From: a virus
Lineage: Duplodnaviria; Caudoviricetes
DNA: 56,216 nucleotides
IMG/VR virus record: IMGVR_UViG_3300023174_002623
Coordinates: 1 to 56,216 of that record
Direction: 5' to 3' (one strand)
Shown here: one piece after another, positions 55,069 to 56,216 of the stretch
How positions within the stretch are numbered: position 1 is the stretch's first letter
How the letters are laid out: each line of letters opens with the position of its first letter
Position numbers and translations under genes: made by a program
Notes under the pieces: generated by a model
Told to the model about the DNA's origin: nothing
The model's input: the letters and a program-made list of their open reading frames with translations, nothing else
Databases searched by the model: none

Positions 55069-56216
55069 TTTCCTTGAAGTATTAAAGGAAAATAATTTTG
55101 ATGAAACACCAGTAGATGCAAAGACATTTGTTGAATCTCCAGACTTTTTAGGACAACCACCTTTATCTGTAATCCAATATGACATTGTGGAAGCAATGAG
55201 CCAGATATATAAAAAAGAAGACCTACAAGAATTAATGGGTAGTATTGATGGAGAAAAATATTATAATAAGTACACCAAAAATGAAATTATTCTTCAATTA
55301 GGAAAAGGCAGTGGAAAAGACTTTGTTTCTACTGTTGCATGTGCCTATGTTGTTTATAAGTTGTTATGTCTTAAAGACCCTGCAAAATATTTTGGCAAGC
55401 CAAGCGGTGATGCAATAGATATTATTAACGTTGCAGTAAACGCTCAACAGGCTAAGAACGTTTTCTTTAAAGGATTTAAAACTAAAATTGAGAAATCTCC
55501 ATGGTTTGCTGGAAAATATAATCCAAAGGCTGACTCAATTGAATTTGACAAAGCAATAACTGTTTACTCTGGTCACTCAGAGCGTGAATCACATGAAGGT
55601 TTGAACTTGCTTATGGCAGTTCTTGATGAAATCTCTGGCTTTGCATCTGAGGTTGGAACAGGAAATGATCAAGGCAAGACTGCTGAAAATATCTACAAAG
55701 CATTTAGTGGTACTGTAGACTCTCGTTTCCCAGACCTTGGAAAGGTTGTTCTTCTTTCATTCCCACGTTATCAGGGTGACTTTATTTCAAAGCGGTATGA
55801 TGATGTAATCATGGACAAAGAAGTAATAGAACGCAGACATACTTATATTATTAACCCTGACCTACCAGAGGATAATCCAGATAATCAACTTGAAATTGTA
55901 TGGGAAGAAGATCAAATTATTTCATATAAAATACCAAGAGTTTATGCACTTAAAAGACCTACATGGGAAGTAAATCCTACTAGAAGTATTGAAGATTTTA
56001 AAATGTCTTTCTTTAAAGATATGGGAGATGCAATGATGCGCTTCCTTTGTACCCCAACATATTCATCTGATGCATTCTTTAAGCAAAAGGATAAGTTAGA
56101 AAGATGTATGACCTTAAGAAATCCTGTGGATAGTCATAGAAGATTTGATCCTGGCTTTAAACCAGATCCAGATAAAGTTTATTATGTTCATGCTGACCTT
56201 GCACAAAAACACGATA
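55058..56216 (+). CDS. terL: Terminase large subunit, 3'-truncated by the window edge
   Basis: Not in the ORF track. ATG 55058 MFNDFLEVLK...; Walker A LQLGKGSGKD, NAQQAK, Walker B MAVLDEISG, LLSFPR, PTWEVNP, and nuclease HADLA at the window end. Confidence 0.92.
   Translation, partial: MFNDFLEVLKENNFDETPVDAKTFVESPDFLGQPPLSVIQYDIVEAMSQIYKKEDLQELMGSIDGEKYYNKYTKNEIILQLGKGSGKDFVSTVACAYVVYKLLCLKDPAKYFGKPSGDAIDIINVAVNAQQAKNVFFKGFKTKIEKSPWFAGKYNPKADSIEFDKAITVYSGHSERESHEGLNLLMAVLDEISGFASEVGTGNDQGKTAENIYKAFSGTVDSRFPDLGKVVLLSFPRYQGDFISKRYDDVIMDKEVIERRHTYIINPDLPEDNPDNQLEIVWEEDQIISYKIPRVYALKRPTWEVNPTRSIEDFKMSFFKDMGDAMMRFLCTPTYSSDAFFKQKDKLERCMTLRNPVDSHRRFDPGFKPDPDKVYYVHADLAQKHD

Noticed and set aside
1-56216. 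Alternative genetic code/stop-codon reassignment
   Set aside because: Standard-code ORFs tile the window, and TAA, TAG and TGA all serve as stops at coupled gene junctions; the only break (16660) is a frame change, not read-through.

Overview
The whole window is a contiguous, densely packed, AT-rich segment of a large tailed dsDNA phage (Caudoviricetes). A long non-contractile tail is likely: there is a tail tube gene and a 2672-aa tape measure protein, and no sheath gene is recognisable. Order: an accessory modification cassette (SGNH-like protein, 28-aa basic micro-ORF, NodU/CmcH carbamoyltransferase, GT4 glycosyltransferase), a secreted lytic transglycosylase, fibre/appendage genes, class II ribonucleotide reductase, a split LamG-type virion gene, the head module (portal, protease with nested scaffold, major capsid), neck/tail genes, and a replication-recombination module (DnaB, primase, SSB, DnaE, MazG-like, RecA, Cas4-like, RuvC). 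The small terminase and a truncated large terminase lie at the right edge. From recollection, not a search, gene content and order resemble large Actinobacteria-infecting phages (Streptomyces BE/BK-like and freshwater actinophage relatives); the host is an inference. No tRNA, rRNA, CRISPR array, integrase, reverse transcriptase or intein was recognised. Most notable observations: (1) the tail-chaperone G/GT pair appears to be made by gene duplication with separate promoters rather than by a programmed frameshift; (2) a free-standing 74-aa paralogue of the major capsid N-terminal arm; (3) a window-wide extended -10 promoter system in which leaderless versus Shine-Dalgarno (SD)-led starts may set stoichiometry; (4) a +1 frame break at TTT-TGA in a virion gene; (5) a hairpin/uORF leader on the transglycosylase; (6) modular, possibly plug-and-socket fibre proteins. 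All product calls come from motif recognition by eye and gene context; no database searches were run.
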